A DNA stretch of 64,000 nucleotides from Kiloniellaceae bacterium (GCA_021776175.1 JAJFGJ010000003.1:144233-208232); one strand, 5' to 3'; counted from the stretch's first letter, positions 9,027 through 19,446 are shown. The notes: generated from the sequence alone by a model not told the origin. Made by a program: numbers and translations.

Positions 9027-10895
9027 ATGGAAGGATCGGCGGCGCTCGACAACGAGCGCAAGCAACGGCGAGTGCTCGAATCCGCCGTGGTCCGATTTGC
9101 CGGGGATTCCGGCGACGGTATGCAGCTAACCGGCGGGCGCTTCACGGTCGAGACGGCTTTGTCGGGGAATGACCTGGCGACCTTTCCCGATTTCCCCGCC
9201 GAAATCCGGGCTCCGATCGGCACGACCTTTGGCGTGTCCGCGTTTCAGATCAATTTCGGCGGCCGCGCGATCATGACTTCGGGCGACCGGGTGGATGTCT
9301 TGGTGGCCATGAACCCGGCCGCCTTGAAGGTCAATCTGGCCGATGTCGCGGCGACCGGACTGCTGATCGTCGATACCGGCGCTTTTAGCGACAAGAATTT
9401 GCGCAAGGCCGGTTATGAATCCAATCCCTTGGAAGGTGGCGGTCTGGGCGATCGGCGGGTGATAAAGGTCGACATGTCGCAGCGTACGCTAGAGGCGCTC
9501 AAGGAAAGCGGCCTCAACAAAAAGGAATCCCTGCGCTGCAAGAACATGTGGGCCCTGGGTCTGGCCTATTGGATGTTCGATCGGGATCGCGGCTCCACGA
9601 TCAAGTGGCTCGGCGGCAAGTTCGCCAAGCGGCCGGAGTTGGCCCAGGGTGCGATCGCGGCCTTGAACGCTGGGCACGCTTTTGGCGAGACGGCGGAACT
9701 GTCGGGCGAGTTGAGCGCCTACAACGTGCCGGCGGCGAACTTGGCGCCCGGCCTCTACCGCAATGTGACCGGGACCCAGGCCATGGCCTGGGGTTTGATC
9801 GCGGGTACCGCGCTGGCCGGGATTCGGATGGTTTTCTGTTCTTATCCGATCACGCCGGCGTCCGGCATTCTGCACGTGCTGGCGGCGCAAAAAGACCAGG
9901 GCATCGTGACTTTTCAGGCCGAGGACGAGATCGCCGCCGCGTGCAGCGCCATCGGCGCGTCCTATGCGGGGGCCTTGGGCATCACCTCGAGCTCGGGCCC
10001 CGGTGTGGCCCTGAAGACCGAAGCCTTGGGCCTGGCGATCGCGACCGAGCTGCCTTTGGTTTTGATCAATACCCAGCGCGCCGGCCCCTCGACCGGTTTG
10101 CCGACCAAGACCGAGCAATCGGATCTCTATCAGGCCGTGTTCGGGCGCAACGCCGACAGCGAGTTGGTGGTTATCGCCGCACGCTCGCCCTCCGACTGTT
10201 TCGAGTGCGCCATCGAGGCGGTCCGCCTCGCCACCAAATACATGACACCGGTCATTGTTCTATCGGACGGTTATATCGCCAATGCCTCCGAACCCTGGGC
10301 CCTGCCCGACGTCGAGTCGCAGCCGAAATTTCCGGTCAAGTTCCGCCAGGATCCGGAGGGATTCCAACCCTTCGCGCGCGATCCCGAAACTCTGGCCCGG
10401 GATTGGGCTGTGCCCGGCACCCCGGGGCTGGAGCATCGCATCGGCGGGCTGGAGAGGGACGCCGTGAGCGGCAACATTTCCTACGACCCTTCCAACCACC
10501 AGCTGATGACGGATTTGCGCGCGGCCAAGATCGCCGGCGTCGCCAAGGACTTGCCCGAGCAAGACTTCGAGGACACCCCGCGCGAGGGCGGGGTATTGGT
10601 CGTCGGCTGGGGCTCCACCTTCGGCCCGATCAACCGCGCGGTGAGCAACCTTCGCGACGGCGGCTTGGCGGTCTCGCACATACATCTGCGCCATATCTGG
10701 CCCTTGCCCCGCAACCTGGGCGACTTGCTGCGGCGCTACGATCGGATCCTGGTGCCCGAAATGAACCGGGGCCAGCTCGTTACCCTGCTGCGCAGCGAGT
10801 ATCTGGTGCCGGCCGAGAGTTTGAGCAAAGTCAACGGCAAGCCCTTCCTGATCGCCGAGCTGGAAGCCGCGATCCGGGCCCAATTGGAGACCTGA
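9027..10895 (+). CDS. korA: 2-oxoglutarate:ferredoxin oxidoreductase, alpha (fused alpha/gamma-type) subunit
   Basis: 622 aa. VVRFAGDSGDGMQLTG and CSYPITPAS motifs typical of 2-oxoacid:acceptor oxidoreductase alpha subunits. Translationally coupled to the beta subunit. Confidence 0.85.
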   Translation: MEGSAALDNERKQRRVLESAVVRFAGDSGDGMQLTGGRFTVETALSGNDLATFPDFPAEIRAPIGTTFGVSAFQINFGGRAIMTSGDRVDVLVAMNPAALKVNLADVAATGLLIVDTGAFSDKNLRKAGYESNPLEGGGLGDRRVIKVDMSQRTLEALKESGLNKKESLRCKNMWALGLAYWMFDRDRGSTIKWLGGKFAKRPELAQGAIAALNAGHAFGETAELSGELSAYNVPAANLAPGLYRNVTGTQAMAWGLIAGTALAGIRMVFCSYPITPASGILHVLAAQKDQGIVTFQAEDEIAAACSAIGASYAGALGITSSSGPGVALKTEALGLAIATELPLVLINTQRAGPSTGLPTKTEQSDLYQAVFGRNADSELVVIAARSPSDCFECAIEAVRLATKYMTPVIVLSDGYIANASEPWALPDVESQPKFPVKFRQDPEGFQPFARDPETLARDWAVPGTPGLEHRIGGLERDAVSGNISYDPSNHQLMTDLRAAKIAGVAKDLPEQDFEDTPREGGVLVVGWGSTFGPINRAVSNLRDGGLAVSHIHLRHIWPLPRNLGDLLRRYDRILVPEMNRGQLVTLLRSEYLVPAESLSKVNGKPFLIAELEAAIRAQLET

Positions 10896-10896
10896 G

Positions 10897-11937
10897 ATGA
10901 ATATCGCCGTTTCCGCCGATAAGCCGGCACCAAAGGACTATGCCTCGGACCAGGAGATTCGCTGGTGCCCCGGTTGCGGCGACTACGCGATCCTGAAGGC
11001 GGTTCTAAAGACCCTCGCCGAGGTCGAGGCCAAGCCGGAAAATACCGTTTTCGTTTCCGGCATCGGCTGTGCCGCACGATTCCCTTACTACATTTCGACC
11101 TATGGTTTTCATACCATTCATGGCCGCGCGCCGGCCGTGGCGACGGGGGTCAAGCTGGCCAATCCCGATCTCGACGTTTGGGTCGTCTCGGGCGACGGCG
11201 ATGCCTTGTCGATCGGCGGCAATCATCTTCTGCACCTGCTGCGCCGGAACGTGGATTTGCAGTTCTTGCTGTTCAACAATGAGATTTACGGCCTGACCAA
11301 GGGCCAATACTCGCCCACATCGCGCACCGGAACGTTATCTCCCTCCAGTCCCTCAGGCTCCGTGGAATCGCCGGTTTCGGGCACCGCCTTCGCGCTTGGC
11401 GCCGGCGCGCGCTTCGTGGCCCGCGCCATCGATACCGCTCAGGCGCATTTGCTGGGCGTGCTCAAGCAAGCTCACGGCCACCGTGGCGCTTCGTTCGTCG
11501 AAATTTTTCAAAACTGCCTCGTCTATAACGACGGTGTGCACAGCGCTTTCACCGATCGATCGGTCGCGGCGGACATGCAACTGCTGGTCGAGCACGGCAA
11601 GCCGATGCTGTTTGGGAAAGAGCGCGATAAAGGTTTGCGTCTGCGGCCCGAGACGCTCGCGCTCGAAGCGGTCAAGATCGGCGAGGGTGGGGTCGGCGAG
11701 GAAGACATACTGGTTCACGACCAGACCAACCGCGCGCTGGCCGGCATGCTGGCGGCCATGCAGCCACCGGCCATGCCGGTCGCCTTGGGCGTGCTCTACC
11801 GCGATCCGGCGCCCAGCTACGACAGTGCCGTCACGGCGCGGGTCGAGGCCGGCCAGGAGCGGATGCAAAAGGGCGGCATCTCCACCGACCTGAGTGCGAT
11901 CATGCGCGCGGGCAACACCTGGACCGTTAAGGGCTAG
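10897..11937 (+). CDS. korB: 2-oxoglutarate:ferredoxin oxidoreductase, beta (TPP-binding) subunit
   Basis: WCPGCGDYAIL, GIGCAARFP and SGDGDALSIGGNH are TPP-binding motifs. Starts 2 nt after the korA stop. Confidence 0.85.
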   Translation: MNIAVSADKPAPKDYASDQEIRWCPGCGDYAILKAVLKTLAEVEAKPENTVFVSGIGCAARFPYYISTYGFHTIHGRAPAVATGVKLANPDLDVWVVSGDGDALSIGGNHLLHLLRRNVDLQFLLFNNEIYGLTKGQYSPTSRTGTLSPSSPSGSVESPVSGTAFALGAGARFVARAIDTAQAHLLGVLKQAHGHRGASFVEIFQNCLVYNDGVHSAFTDRSVAADMQLLVEHGKPMLFGKERDKGLRLRPETLALEAVKIGEGGVGEEDILVHDQTNRALAGMLAAMQPPAMPVALGVLYRDPAPSYDSAVTARVEAGQERMQKGGISTDLSAIMRAGNTWTVKG

Positions 11938-12473
11938 ACAATCCGCTTCAACAACGCTCGAAAGCTCAACCGTTCTTCGGCGTTTAGCGGTGCTAGGATT
12001 TTGTCGGACATCTCGTCGATTCCGGCGCTAAGCCCGTCGACCAAGGCGACGCCTTCATCCGTCAGGCACAGGCGCATGCGCCGCCGATCCTTTAGGTCCG
12101 GTACCCGGCTGACTAAGCCACGTTGGCCCAGGCGCTTGACGACGCCCTGGATCGTGGCCGGGTCCATGGCCGCCATGCGGCCCAGAAGGTTCTGCGATAC
12201 CTCGCCTTTCTCGCGTAGTCTCATCAGGGCGAAGTATTGAGCCGGCGTCAGGTTGTGGTTCGCCAAGACCGCCATGAAGGTCGCCGAGGCACGTTGATGG
12301 GCCCGCCGGATCAAATGGGCGATATCGTCGTCGAGGCCAACCGCGGTTTCATCGCTTCCGCGCGCCCCCGAATAATCTCCGCCATTCTCACCCGCGTGCA
12401 TCAAGGGTGCGCTAAACGAATTACCACTATCGATAGAATAAGTCCCGGCGGTTGTGTATTCATGCTCTGACAT
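11934..12473 (-). CDS. MarR-family transcriptional regulator
   Basis: Winged-helix segment LTPAQYFALMRLREKGEVSQNLLGRMAAMDPATIQGVVKRLGQRGLVSRVPDLKDRRRMRLCLT. Its 3' end overlaps korB by 4 nt, convergently. Confidence 0.85.
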   Translation of the reverse strand: MSEHEYTTAGTYSIDSGNSFSAPLMHAGENGGDYSGARGSDETAVGLDDDIAHLIRRAHQRASATFMAVLANHNLTPAQYFALMRLREKGEVSQNLLGRMAAMDPATIQGVVKRLGQRGLVSRVPDLKDRRRMRLCLTDEGVALVDGLSAGIDEMSDKILAPLNAEERLSFRALLKRIV

Positions 12474-12584
12474 TTGGGGCCTTTTCTATTGGTATGTTGT
12501 GTGTACCAGCTAGTTAATTTGATATCGCATAATATCCTTTAGCCTATTTGTCGTCCAGACCAAATGAAACTTGGTTTTTAGTCT

Positions 12585-14141
12585 TTATGGGGCCACACAA
12601 GCCAGGATCGAAGTTCCCGCGGTATCGCTTAGCGCTTGGCCGAAATGTCCGGCGGCGACCAATTCGAATACCGCCGCGATATCCGGCGCCATGATGCGGT
12701 CTTGCTCCAGGAAGGCGGCCCGTTCCCGCACCGCCGTCAAGGCCTCGGCCAGGCGCGGGCTGGTGCGCAAGGGGCGGCGCAGGTCTATTCCCTGTGCCGC
12801 GGCCAGCAGTTCTATGGCGACGACGTGGCCGCAGTTCCAGGCGATATCGCTCAAGCGCCGCGCCGCATGGGCGGCCATGGAGACATGGTCTTCTTGATTG
12901 GCCGAGGTCGGCAAGCTGTCGACGGCGGCGGGGTGCGCCAGGATTTTGTTCTCGCTGGCCAAGGCGGCGGCCGTGACCTGCGCGATCATGAAGCCGGAAT
13001 TGAGGCCGGGCTCGGCGACGAGGAAGGCGGGCAGGGCGCTCATGTGCGCGTCGACCAGCAAGGCGGTGCGCCGCTCGGACAAAGAGCCGATTTCCGACAG
13101 GGCCACGGCCAGGGCATCGGCCGCGAAGGCGACCGGTTCGGCGTGGAAATTCCCGCCCGAGAGGACCTCGCCTTGCTCGGGGAATACCAGCGGGTTGTCG
13201 GAAACGGCGTTGGCCTCGCGCAGCAGCGTGATCGCCGCGGTCTCGAGAGTGTCCAGAACGGCGCCCATGACCTGCGGCTGGCAACGCAGGGAATAGGGGT
13301 CTTGAACCCGGTCGCAATCGAGATGGGACGCCCGGATCTCGCTGCCATCGAGCAACTCCCTCATCAGGCGTGCGACGACGATTTGTCCGGGTTGACCGCG
13401 AACCTCGTGAATGCGCGGATCGAAGGGGGTATCGCTGCCCAGCATGGCATCGACGCTCATGGCGCCGGCGGTCAGGGCGGCGGCGAAAACATCCACACCG
13501 GCGAACAATCCCTCCAGGGCCAGGGCGGTCGAAACCTGCGTTCCGTTCAGCAGCGCCAGGCCTTCCTTGGCCGCGAGTTCGATGGGCTCCATCCCGAGTT
13601 TACGCAGAACCTCCTCCGCGGGTTGCCGCACGCCGCCGAGGGTTGCCTCGCCCTCGCCCAGCAAAACGGCGGCAAGGTGGGCGAGCGGCGCCAGATCGCC
13701 GGAGGCGCCGACAGAACCCTTGGCCGGGATGACCGGCAGGGCGTCGGCGTTGAGCAGGGCCAGCAGGGCATCGATCACCTGACGCCGGATCCCGGAATGG
13801 CCGCGCGCCAAGGCGTTGATCTTCAGCAACAGGATCAGGCGCACGACGCGCCCGGACAAGGGCGCGCCGACACCGGCGGCGTGCGACATGACCAGGCGGC
13901 GCTGCAATTCGCTAAGCTGTTTGGCCGCGATTGTTGTGCTCGCCAGGCTACCGAAGCCCGTGTTGACGCCATAAACCGTGCGTCCTTCACGCACGATTTC
14001 CGCCACCACCCTGGCGGCGTCGTCGACCGCCCCGCCGCACGCGGGATCGAGCTCAACGCGGCGCGGCGCCTGCCACAGGGAATGCAGATCGGTCATGTTG
14101 AGTTGGCCGGGGCTTAAGACGAAGGGTGAGGCGTCAGTCAT
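12585..14141 (-). CDS. hutH: Histidine ammonia-lyase
   Basis: [15 protein letters not shown] contains the Ala-Ser-Gly triad that forms the MIO cofactor. 518 aa, the typical HAL length. Confidence 0.93.
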   Translation of the reverse strand: MTDASPFVLSPGQLNMTDLHSLWQAPRRVELDPACGGAVDDAARVVAEIVREGRTVYGVNTGFGSLASTTIAAKQLSELQRRLVMSHAAGVGAPLSGRVVRLILLLKINALARGHSGIRRQVIDALLALLNADALPVIPAKGSVGASGDLAPLAHLAAVLLGEGEATLGGVRQPAEEVLRKLGMEPIELAAKEGLALLNGTQVSTALALEGLFAGVDVFAAALTAGAMSVDAMLGSDTPFDPRIHEVRGQPGQIVVARLMRELLDGSEIRASHLDCDRVQDPYSLRCQPQVMGAVLDTLETAAITLLREANAVSDNPLVFPEQGEVLSGGNFHAEPVAFAADALAVALSEIGSLSERRTALLVDAHMSALPAFLVAEPGLNSGFMIAQVTAAALASENKILAHPAAVDSLPTSANQEDHVSMAAHAARRLSDIAWNCGHVVAIELLAAAQGIDLRRPLRTSPRLAEALTAVRERAAFLEQDRIMAPDIAAVFELVAAGHFGQALSDTAGTSILACVAP

Positions 14142-14253
14142 GGCTCGCTTTCTATGTCGGGCCCCGGTCGCGGGGCGGGAGCCCGGTAAATAATTTTGAA
14201 CCCTGGGCTCAAAGGCGCCGGCTCGACGCTCTCGTGCCTGCTAGCGCCCGGTT

Positions 14254-15219
14254 CTAACCAACGACGGCGCGGTCCTCGCGCGGTGTGCACTCGAAGTAAT
14301 CGCGGTAACACTTAGAAAAATGCGATGCCGAGACAAAGCCGCAGGCCATGGCCACATCCAATACCGACATCGAGGATTGGGTCAAAAGTCCGCGCGCGCG
14401 CTTTAGCCGCAACTCCAAATAATACCGGGTCGGCGTACGCTTCAAATAACCGCGAAACAGGCGCTCCAATTGGCGGGTCGACAATCCCACGCGGCGGGCC
14501 AATTCGGCGCGCGCCAAGGGGTCCTCCAGATTTTCTTCCATCAGGCCCACCACCGCCAGAAGCTTCGGGTGAGCGGTGCCGAGCCGGCTTCTCAGGTCCA
14601 TGCGCTGCGGTGCCCGCTGATCGCGGATCGGGCCATGGATGAACTGTTCGGCCACGGCGGTCGCGAGATCGCGGCCATGGTCGAGACCGATCAAGCTAAG
14701 CATCATGTCCATGGCCGCCGTCCCGCCCGAACAAGTCATGCGGTCGCGGTCGATTTCGTAAAGTTCCTGAGTCACTTCCAGCCTGGGAAATTCCTCCCGG
14801 AACGAGTCCAGGCTTTCCCAATGGATCGTGCATTTATAGCCGTCAAGGAGGCCGGCCTTCGCCAGGATGTAACTCCCCGTCGAGACCGCGCCTAGACGGC
14901 AGCCACTCCTGGCCAGACGGCGCAAGCGCGCCAGAACGGCCGTTTGCGCGTAGCGGTGCGGCTCCAGGCCCGCGACCACGATCAGGTTGGATACGCGCTC
15001 CAAATCCGCGAACATGCCGTTGGCGATCAGATCCAGGCCGTTGGAGGCGGGGACCCGGATATCGTCCATGGCGTAAGCGTGCCATCGATACAAGGTCCGG
15101 CCGGTCAAGCGGTTGGCGGCGCGCAGAGGATCGCTCGCGGCGCCGAAGTTCAATAGCGAGAACTGCGGTGCCACTAGGAACCCAAATTCCTGCGGGGCCT
15201 CTTCCGGCGGGCCGGTCAT
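14254..15219 (-). CDS. GlxA-family (DJ-1/PfpI domain + AraC HTH) transcriptional regulator, GbdR/SouR-like
   Basis: The N-terminal GATase1-like fold lacks a catalytic context. The C-terminal AraC HTH reads ...VGLSTRQLERLF...ACGFVSASHFSKCYRDYF. Confidence 0.85.
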   Translation of the reverse strand: MTGPPEEAPQEFGFLVAPQFSLLNFGAASDPLRAANRLTGRTLYRWHAYAMDDIRVPASNGLDLIANGMFADLERVSNLIVVAGLEPHRYAQTAVLARLRRLARSGCRLGAVSTGSYILAKAGLLDGYKCTIHWESLDSFREEFPRLEVTQELYEIDRDRMTCSGGTAAMDMMLSLIGLDHGRDLATAVAEQFIHGPIRDQRAPQRMDLRSRLGTAHPKLLAVVGLMEENLEDPLARAELARRVGLSTRQLERLFRGYLKRTPTRYYLELRLKRARGLLTQSSMSVLDVAMACGFVSASHFSKCYRDYFECTPREDRAVVG

Positions 15220-15412
15220 GGTTCCTCCACTTCAACGTTCCAGCGCTCCTCGATATGAATCCCGGAGACCATTGCTGCTGGCAAGCCCATGCGAATGAAC
15301 CCAATCCGCGGTGGCGTCAAGTACTGCCGGTGCCACCGCTTGCCGGGGGCCTTGCGCCAGCGTCCGGTGGGCCCCAGCATGCGGGACTCTTGTCCCCTAA
15401 TGGAGCCTCGCG

Positions 15413-15733
15413 ATGATAGCGGTTATATTCGAAGTTGTACTTAACCCCGATCGGGCGCAACGCTATTTCGATTTGGCGGCCTCCTTGCGGGCCGAGTTGG
15501 CGGCTATCGACGGCTTCATTTCGGTCGAGCGCTTTCAAAGCCTGAGCACAGAAAACAAATATGTTTCGCTCTCGTTCTGGCGCGATCGCGAGGCGGTCGA
15601 GAAATGGTATCGCCATGGCCGCCACGACGCGGCTCAGGCTGAAGGGCGGAAGGGGGTGCTCGAGGATTACCGGATCCGCGTCGCCGAGGTGTTCCGGGAC
15701 TACGATATGGCGGCGGGGCGGCCGGTGCCATAA
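15413..15733 (+). CDS. Antibiotic-biosynthesis-monooxygenase (ABM) domain protein
   Basis: About 100-aa ferredoxin-like ABM pattern: IAVIFEV...GFISVERFQSL...YVSLSFWRDREAVEKW. Confidence 0.7.
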   Translation: MIAVIFEVVLNPDRAQRYFDLAASLRAELAAIDGFISVERFQSLSTENKYVSLSFWRDREAVEKWYRHGRHDAAQAEGRKGVLEDYRIRVAEVFRDYDMAAGRPVP

Positions 15734-15735
15734 CC

Positions 15736-16434
15736 ATGAATTACGCGGATGTCGACGCGGCGCTGGCCCGCCATGGGTTGATCGCGCGCGGTGGGTTTCA
15801 GCCCGAGGCCGGGGACCATGTGCCGTCCTTGCCCGGCGGCCAGCCGGCGCGCGGCTTGATCCTTGCCGGCAATGCCGGGCCCGCCATGTGGCGGTCTTGC
15901 GCGCGGGCGCCCGAGTTCGCGGATGGGGGCCCCGACGCCCTGGACCGATGGAGCGTGCGGATACTCTCGGGCGTGGCGGAAGAGCTTGGGGCCCTGGCCC
16001 TGTTTCCCTTTGGCGGGCCGCCCTATCTGCCTTTCGTGCCCTGGGCCAAGCGGGCGGAGCAAGTCGCCGAATCGCCCCTGGGTATCCTGATACATCCCGA
16101 TTATGGACTATGGCATGCCTATCGCGGGGCCCTGGCCTTCGCCGGGCGGATCGAGCTGCCGCCGCGCGACGAGCGGGCGCGCCCCTGCGATAGCTGTCTG
16201 GACAAGCCCTGCCTGACAGCGTGCCCGGCCGGGGCTTTTTCCGGTGCCGGTTATCATGTCCCGGCCTGCGTTAAGCACATTTCCACGCCTGACGGCGCAG
16301 ACTGCATGGACTTGGGCTGCCGGGCTCGGCGGGCCTGTCCTATCGGGCGCGGCTATGCCCAGGAAAAGGCGCAGACCCGATTCCACATGGAAGCTTTCTT
16401 GAGTGCCCGGCGACACGATAAGGTAGCGCCATGA
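15736..16434 (+). CDS. Conserved protein with a C-terminal 4Fe-4S ferredoxin-type Cys cluster
   Basis: CDSCLDKPCLTACP plus CMDLGCRARRACP cysteine motifs. The function is not recognisable. Confidence 0.55.
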   Translation: MNYADVDAALARHGLIARGGFQPEAGDHVPSLPGGQPARGLILAGNAGPAMWRSCARAPEFADGGPDALDRWSVRILSGVAEELGALALFPFGGPPYLPFVPWAKRAEQVAESPLGILIHPDYGLWHAYRGALAFAGRIELPPRDERARPCDSCLDKPCLTACPAGAFSGAGYHVPACVKHISTPDGADCMDLGCRARRACPIGRGYAQEKAQTRFHMEAFLSARRHDKVAP

Positions 16435-17132
16435 GCCGCAAAATTATTCTGATCGATCACGAGGTCGGCAAGCGCGACGACCGGGCCTCGGCGCGCCTGG
16501 CCGAGTGGGGTTTCGATATTCAATGGACGTGCCCGGCCAAGGGCGAGGCGCTGCCCGATCCTTCCGCCGATTCAGCGGCGGTCATCGTCTACGGCGGCGC
16601 GGAGAGCGCCAACGACGACATCGAGAAACCTTATATACGGAGCGAAATCGATTGGATCGAGGGCTGGCTGGAAACCGGCAAACCCTTCCTCGGCCTGTGC
16701 CTGGGCGCGCAGCTGGTGGCGCGCGTACTCGGCAGCAAGATCGAGGCGCACCCCGAAGGCTTGTTCGAGATTGGCTATGTGCCGGTCGAACCCGTGCCCG
16801 CCACCAACGGATTTTTGGGCGAGGTCAGCCACGTCTATCACTGGCACAAGGAAGGCTTCGAGGTGCCGGATAGTGCCACCAAGCTGGCCCATGGCCCGGT
16901 GTTCCCGGACCAGGCCTTTGTCTACAATGAGAACGTCTACGGCTTGCAGTTTCATCCCGAAGTCACGATCCCGGTCATGACCCGCTGGATGGAAAAAGCC
17001 GCCCACATGCTGGAGAATTCCAACGCCCATCCGCGTGAGCGGCAAGAGGCGGACGCGGCCCGCTACGACGCGCCGCTGTCCGCCTGGCTCGATGGTTTCT
17101 TGAAGGACTGGCTAAAGATTCCAGCCGGGTAA
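16431..17132 (+). CDS. Class I glutamine amidotransferase-like protein
   Basis: PFLGLCLGAQL nucleophile-elbow motif and YGLQFHPE. 4-nt overlap with the upstream gene. Confidence 0.8.
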   Translation: MSRKIILIDHEVGKRDDRASARLAEWGFDIQWTCPAKGEALPDPSADSAAVIVYGGAESANDDIEKPYIRSEIDWIEGWLETGKPFLGLCLGAQLVARVLGSKIEAHPEGLFEIGYVPVEPVPATNGFLGEVSHVYHWHKEGFEVPDSATKLAHGPVFPDQAFVYNENVYGLQFHPEVTIPVMTRWMEKAAHMLENSNAHPRERQEADAARYDAPLSAWLDGFLKDWLKIPAG

Positions 17133-17136
17133 GGAT

Positions 17137-17910
17137 CTAGTTTCGCCCAGCCATGACCCCGCCATCGGCGTCCCAGACCGCGCCGGTCACCCATGCGGCC
17201 CTATCCGACAACAAGAACTCGGCGACCGAGGCAACGTCATCGGCGCGGCCGACCCGGCCCAGGGGATGAAACCCATTGAAACCGGCCAGGGTCTCCTCGA
17301 TCTTTTCCGGCTCGATGAAGGAACCGTAGATCGGCGTGACCACGACCGCGGGCGAGACCGCATTGACCCTTATGCCATGGTCGGCCAATTCCATCGCCAG
17401 GTGCTGGGTCAGGGAATGGAGGCCGGCCTTGGCCATGGAGTAGGCCGAGGACGGAGTCGCCTTGATCGCTTGCTTGGCCCACATGGACCCGACGTTGACG
17501 ATGGCGCCGCCGCCATGGCGCTTCATGTTGCGGGCGACCGCCTGGGTAATGAAGAACAGGCCCCGGTTGAGATCCGCGTAGCCGTCGTAGTCGGCTTCGC
17601 CGTGCTCCAGAAAAGGGACCGGCTTAAAGGTGCCGGCGGCATTCACCAGGTGCTCGATGTGGCGCGGCTCGGTTTCCAAGGTCTCGATCAGATCGCCTAG
17701 TTGGGCCGTATCGGTAAGATCGACGGCCAGGGTATCGACGCGGCCCGTTCCGCTTTCCTTCACCGTCCTCTCGGCCCGATGCAGCTTGGCCCGGTCCCGT
17801 GCCACCAAGATGATGTCCAAGCCCTGTGCGTGCAGCCGTTTCGCCGTTTCCAGGCCCATGCCGCTGGATCCCCCGACGATCAAGGCCACTGAGTTGTTTT
17901 CCGACGCCAT
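17137..17910 (-). CDS. SDR-family oxidoreductase
   Basis: [14 protein letters not shown] (TGxxxGxG-like), NAAG, and YSMAKAG (YxxxK). I prefer the ATG at 17910 over the TTG at 17916. Confidence 0.9.
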   Translation of the reverse strand: MASENNSVALIVGGSSGMGLETAKRLHAQGLDIILVARDRAKLHRAERTVKESGTGRVDTLAVDLTDTAQLGDLIETLETEPRHIEHLVNAAGTFKPVPFLEHGEADYDGYADLNRGLFFITQAVARNMKRHGGGAIVNVGSMWAKQAIKATPSSAYSMAKAGLHSLTQHLAMELADHGIRVNAVSPAVVVTPIYGSFIEPEKIEETLAGFNGFHPLGRVGRADDVASVAEFLLSDRAAWVTGAVWDADGGVMAGRN

Positions 17911-17927
17911 TTCCAAATGTCTCCTGT

Positions 17928-17997
17928 CTATCTATCAGTAGGTAGAATTTCCATATATGCTTCCAAATACAACCTTCAAGCCCTATCTAACGATAGG
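17928..17997. promoter_or_regulatory. Two CTATC-containing inverted repeats in the SDR/TetR divergent region (candidate TetR operators)
   Basis: ctatcta-tcag-taggtag (17928-17945, 7-bp arms with 1 mismatch) and cctatc-taac-gatagg (17982-17997, perfect 6-bp arms). Confidence 0.4.
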
Positions 17998-18017
17998 TTG
18001 AGAACGGGAGTGAAATC

Positions 18018-18611
18018 ATGGCGGCCTCTAAGGCGGGAACATCCAAGGCGGGAACATCCAAGGCGGACGAGATACTCGATATCGCCGAGAGCCTGGTGCG
18101 GCGTAACGGCTACAACGGTTTCAGCTTCCGCGAAGTCGCGTCGCGGGCGGGGATCAAGAGCGCCAGTGTCCACTATCATTTTCCGGCCAAATCCGATCTG
18201 GGCGTGGCGGTCGCGCGCCGCTACACGGATCGCTTCATGGATGGATTGGGCGACCCCCAGGCTTCGCCGGACCCGTTGACTGCCTATGTCGCCGCTTTTC
18301 GCGCCGGGCTGACCGGGGACGGCCAGATGTGCCTCTGTGGGGTTCTGGGCGCGGAAAGCACGGCGTTGCCGGCGGAGGTCGCGGCGGAGGCCAAGCGATT
18401 CTGCGAACTCAATGCCGCGTGGTTGGAGTGCGCGCTATCGGCGCGCGGCCTGGCATCGGGGGCGCAAGACGCTTCCCTTCGGCGTCAGGCTCTGCTTATT
18501 CTTTCGGTACTGGAAGGCGCCATGATCGTGGCGCGGAATTTAGGCGATCTTACGGTTTTCGATGAGATCGCCGCCGGCCTAACCGAGGCGCGGTACTTGA
18601 GGCGCGCTTAG
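18018..18611 (+). CDS. TetR-family transcriptional regulator
   Basis: N-terminal HTH ILDIAESLVRRNGYNGFSFREVASRAGIKSASVHYHFPAKSDL. Confidence 0.9.
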   Translation: MAASKAGTSKAGTSKADEILDIAESLVRRNGYNGFSFREVASRAGIKSASVHYHFPAKSDLGVAVARRYTDRFMDGLGDPQASPDPLTAYVAAFRAGLTGDGQMCLCGVLGAESTALPAEVAAEAKRFCELNAAWLECALSARGLASGAQDASLRRQALLILSVLEGAMIVARNLGDLTVFDEIAAGLTEARYLRRA

Positions 18612-18630
18612 CTGACAAAGGGAATTCGCG

Positions 18631-19392
18631 ATGACCGTCACCAGTCTGCACGATAGCCGGCGCAACAGCGATCCGTATTGGGATGCGCGGGTCGATCTCG
18701 CTTGCGCCTTTCGCTGGACCGTACGCCTGAACATGCACGAGGGTATCGCCAATCATTTCAGCCTGGCGGTCTCGGACGACGGATCGCGGTTCCTGATGAA
18801 TCCGAACAGCCGCCATTTCTCGCGCATCCGGGCCCGCGATATGCTGCTTCTGGACGCCCATGACCGCGAGACCATGAACCGGCCGGACGCGCCGGACCCG
18901 ACCGCCTGGGACATCCACGGCGCGATCCACCGGCGGGCGCCGCACGCGCGTTGCATCCTGCACGTTCATTCCAAGTATGCCCTGGTTCTGGCCACCCTCA
19001 AGGATCCGGTCATGCCGCCCATCGACCAGAACACCATGCGGTTTTACGACCGGATCGCCTATGACAACGGTTACGACGGCATGGGCCTGGGCGAGGAGGC
19101 GGAGCGCCTGGCGGCCAAGCTGGGCGACAAGACCGTTCTGGTCCTGGGCAATCACGGCGTGCTTTTCGCGAACGCCAGCGTCGCCGCGGCTTTCGACGAG
19201 ATGTACTATTTCGAGCGTGCCTGCGAGACCCTCATAACCGCCTACATGACCGGGCGCGAACTCAGTGTCGCTTCCGATGCCGTGGCACGAAAAACCGCCG
19301 GGCAGTGGTTGGCTTATCCAAGTTTCGCCGGCTCGCATTTCAACGAGCTCAAGGCGATTCTGGACCAAGAGGACCCGGACTACAGGACCTGA
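18631..19392 (+). CDS. Class II aldolase/adducin-family protein
   Basis: ILHVHSKYALVLATL and VLVLGNHGVLF motifs. Typical ~250 aa size. Confidence 0.85.
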   Translation: MTVTSLHDSRRNSDPYWDARVDLACAFRWTVRLNMHEGIANHFSLAVSDDGSRFLMNPNSRHFSRIRARDMLLLDAHDRETMNRPDAPDPTAWDIHGAIHRRAPHARCILHVHSKYALVLATLKDPVMPPIDQNTMRFYDRIAYDNGYDGMGLGEEAERLAAKLGDKTVLVLGNHGVLFANASVAAAFDEMYYFERACETLITAYMTGRELSVASDAVARKTAGQWLAYPSFAGSHFNELKAILDQEDPDYRT

Positions 19393-19415
19393 GGCAGGCC
19401 AGCCCGGCGCCCAAG

Positions 19416-19446
19416 AAAAAAAAGGCCCCGCCTTCCTGGCGGAGCC
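19416..19446 (-). terminator. Intrinsic terminator on the minus strand
   Basis: The minus strand reads ggctccgcc-aggaa-ggcggggcc followed by eight T (complement of 19416-19423). There is no T-run on the plus strand, so it serves a minus-strand transcript. Confidence 0.6.

Noticed and set aside
9548-10900. 450-aa alternate-frame ORF inside korA
   Set aside because: It is on the same strand but out of frame with a clear 2-oxoacid oxidoreductase sequence. Its composition is Arg/Gly-rich.
12563-12583. accaa-N7-ttggt hairpin followed by ttttt on the plus strand
   Set aside because: The stem is weak, AT-rich and only 5-6 bp. There is no plus-strand gene upstream to terminate.
12636-14117. 493-aa plus-strand ORF
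   Set aside because: It is antisense to hutH, which carries the diagnostic ASG MIO motif.
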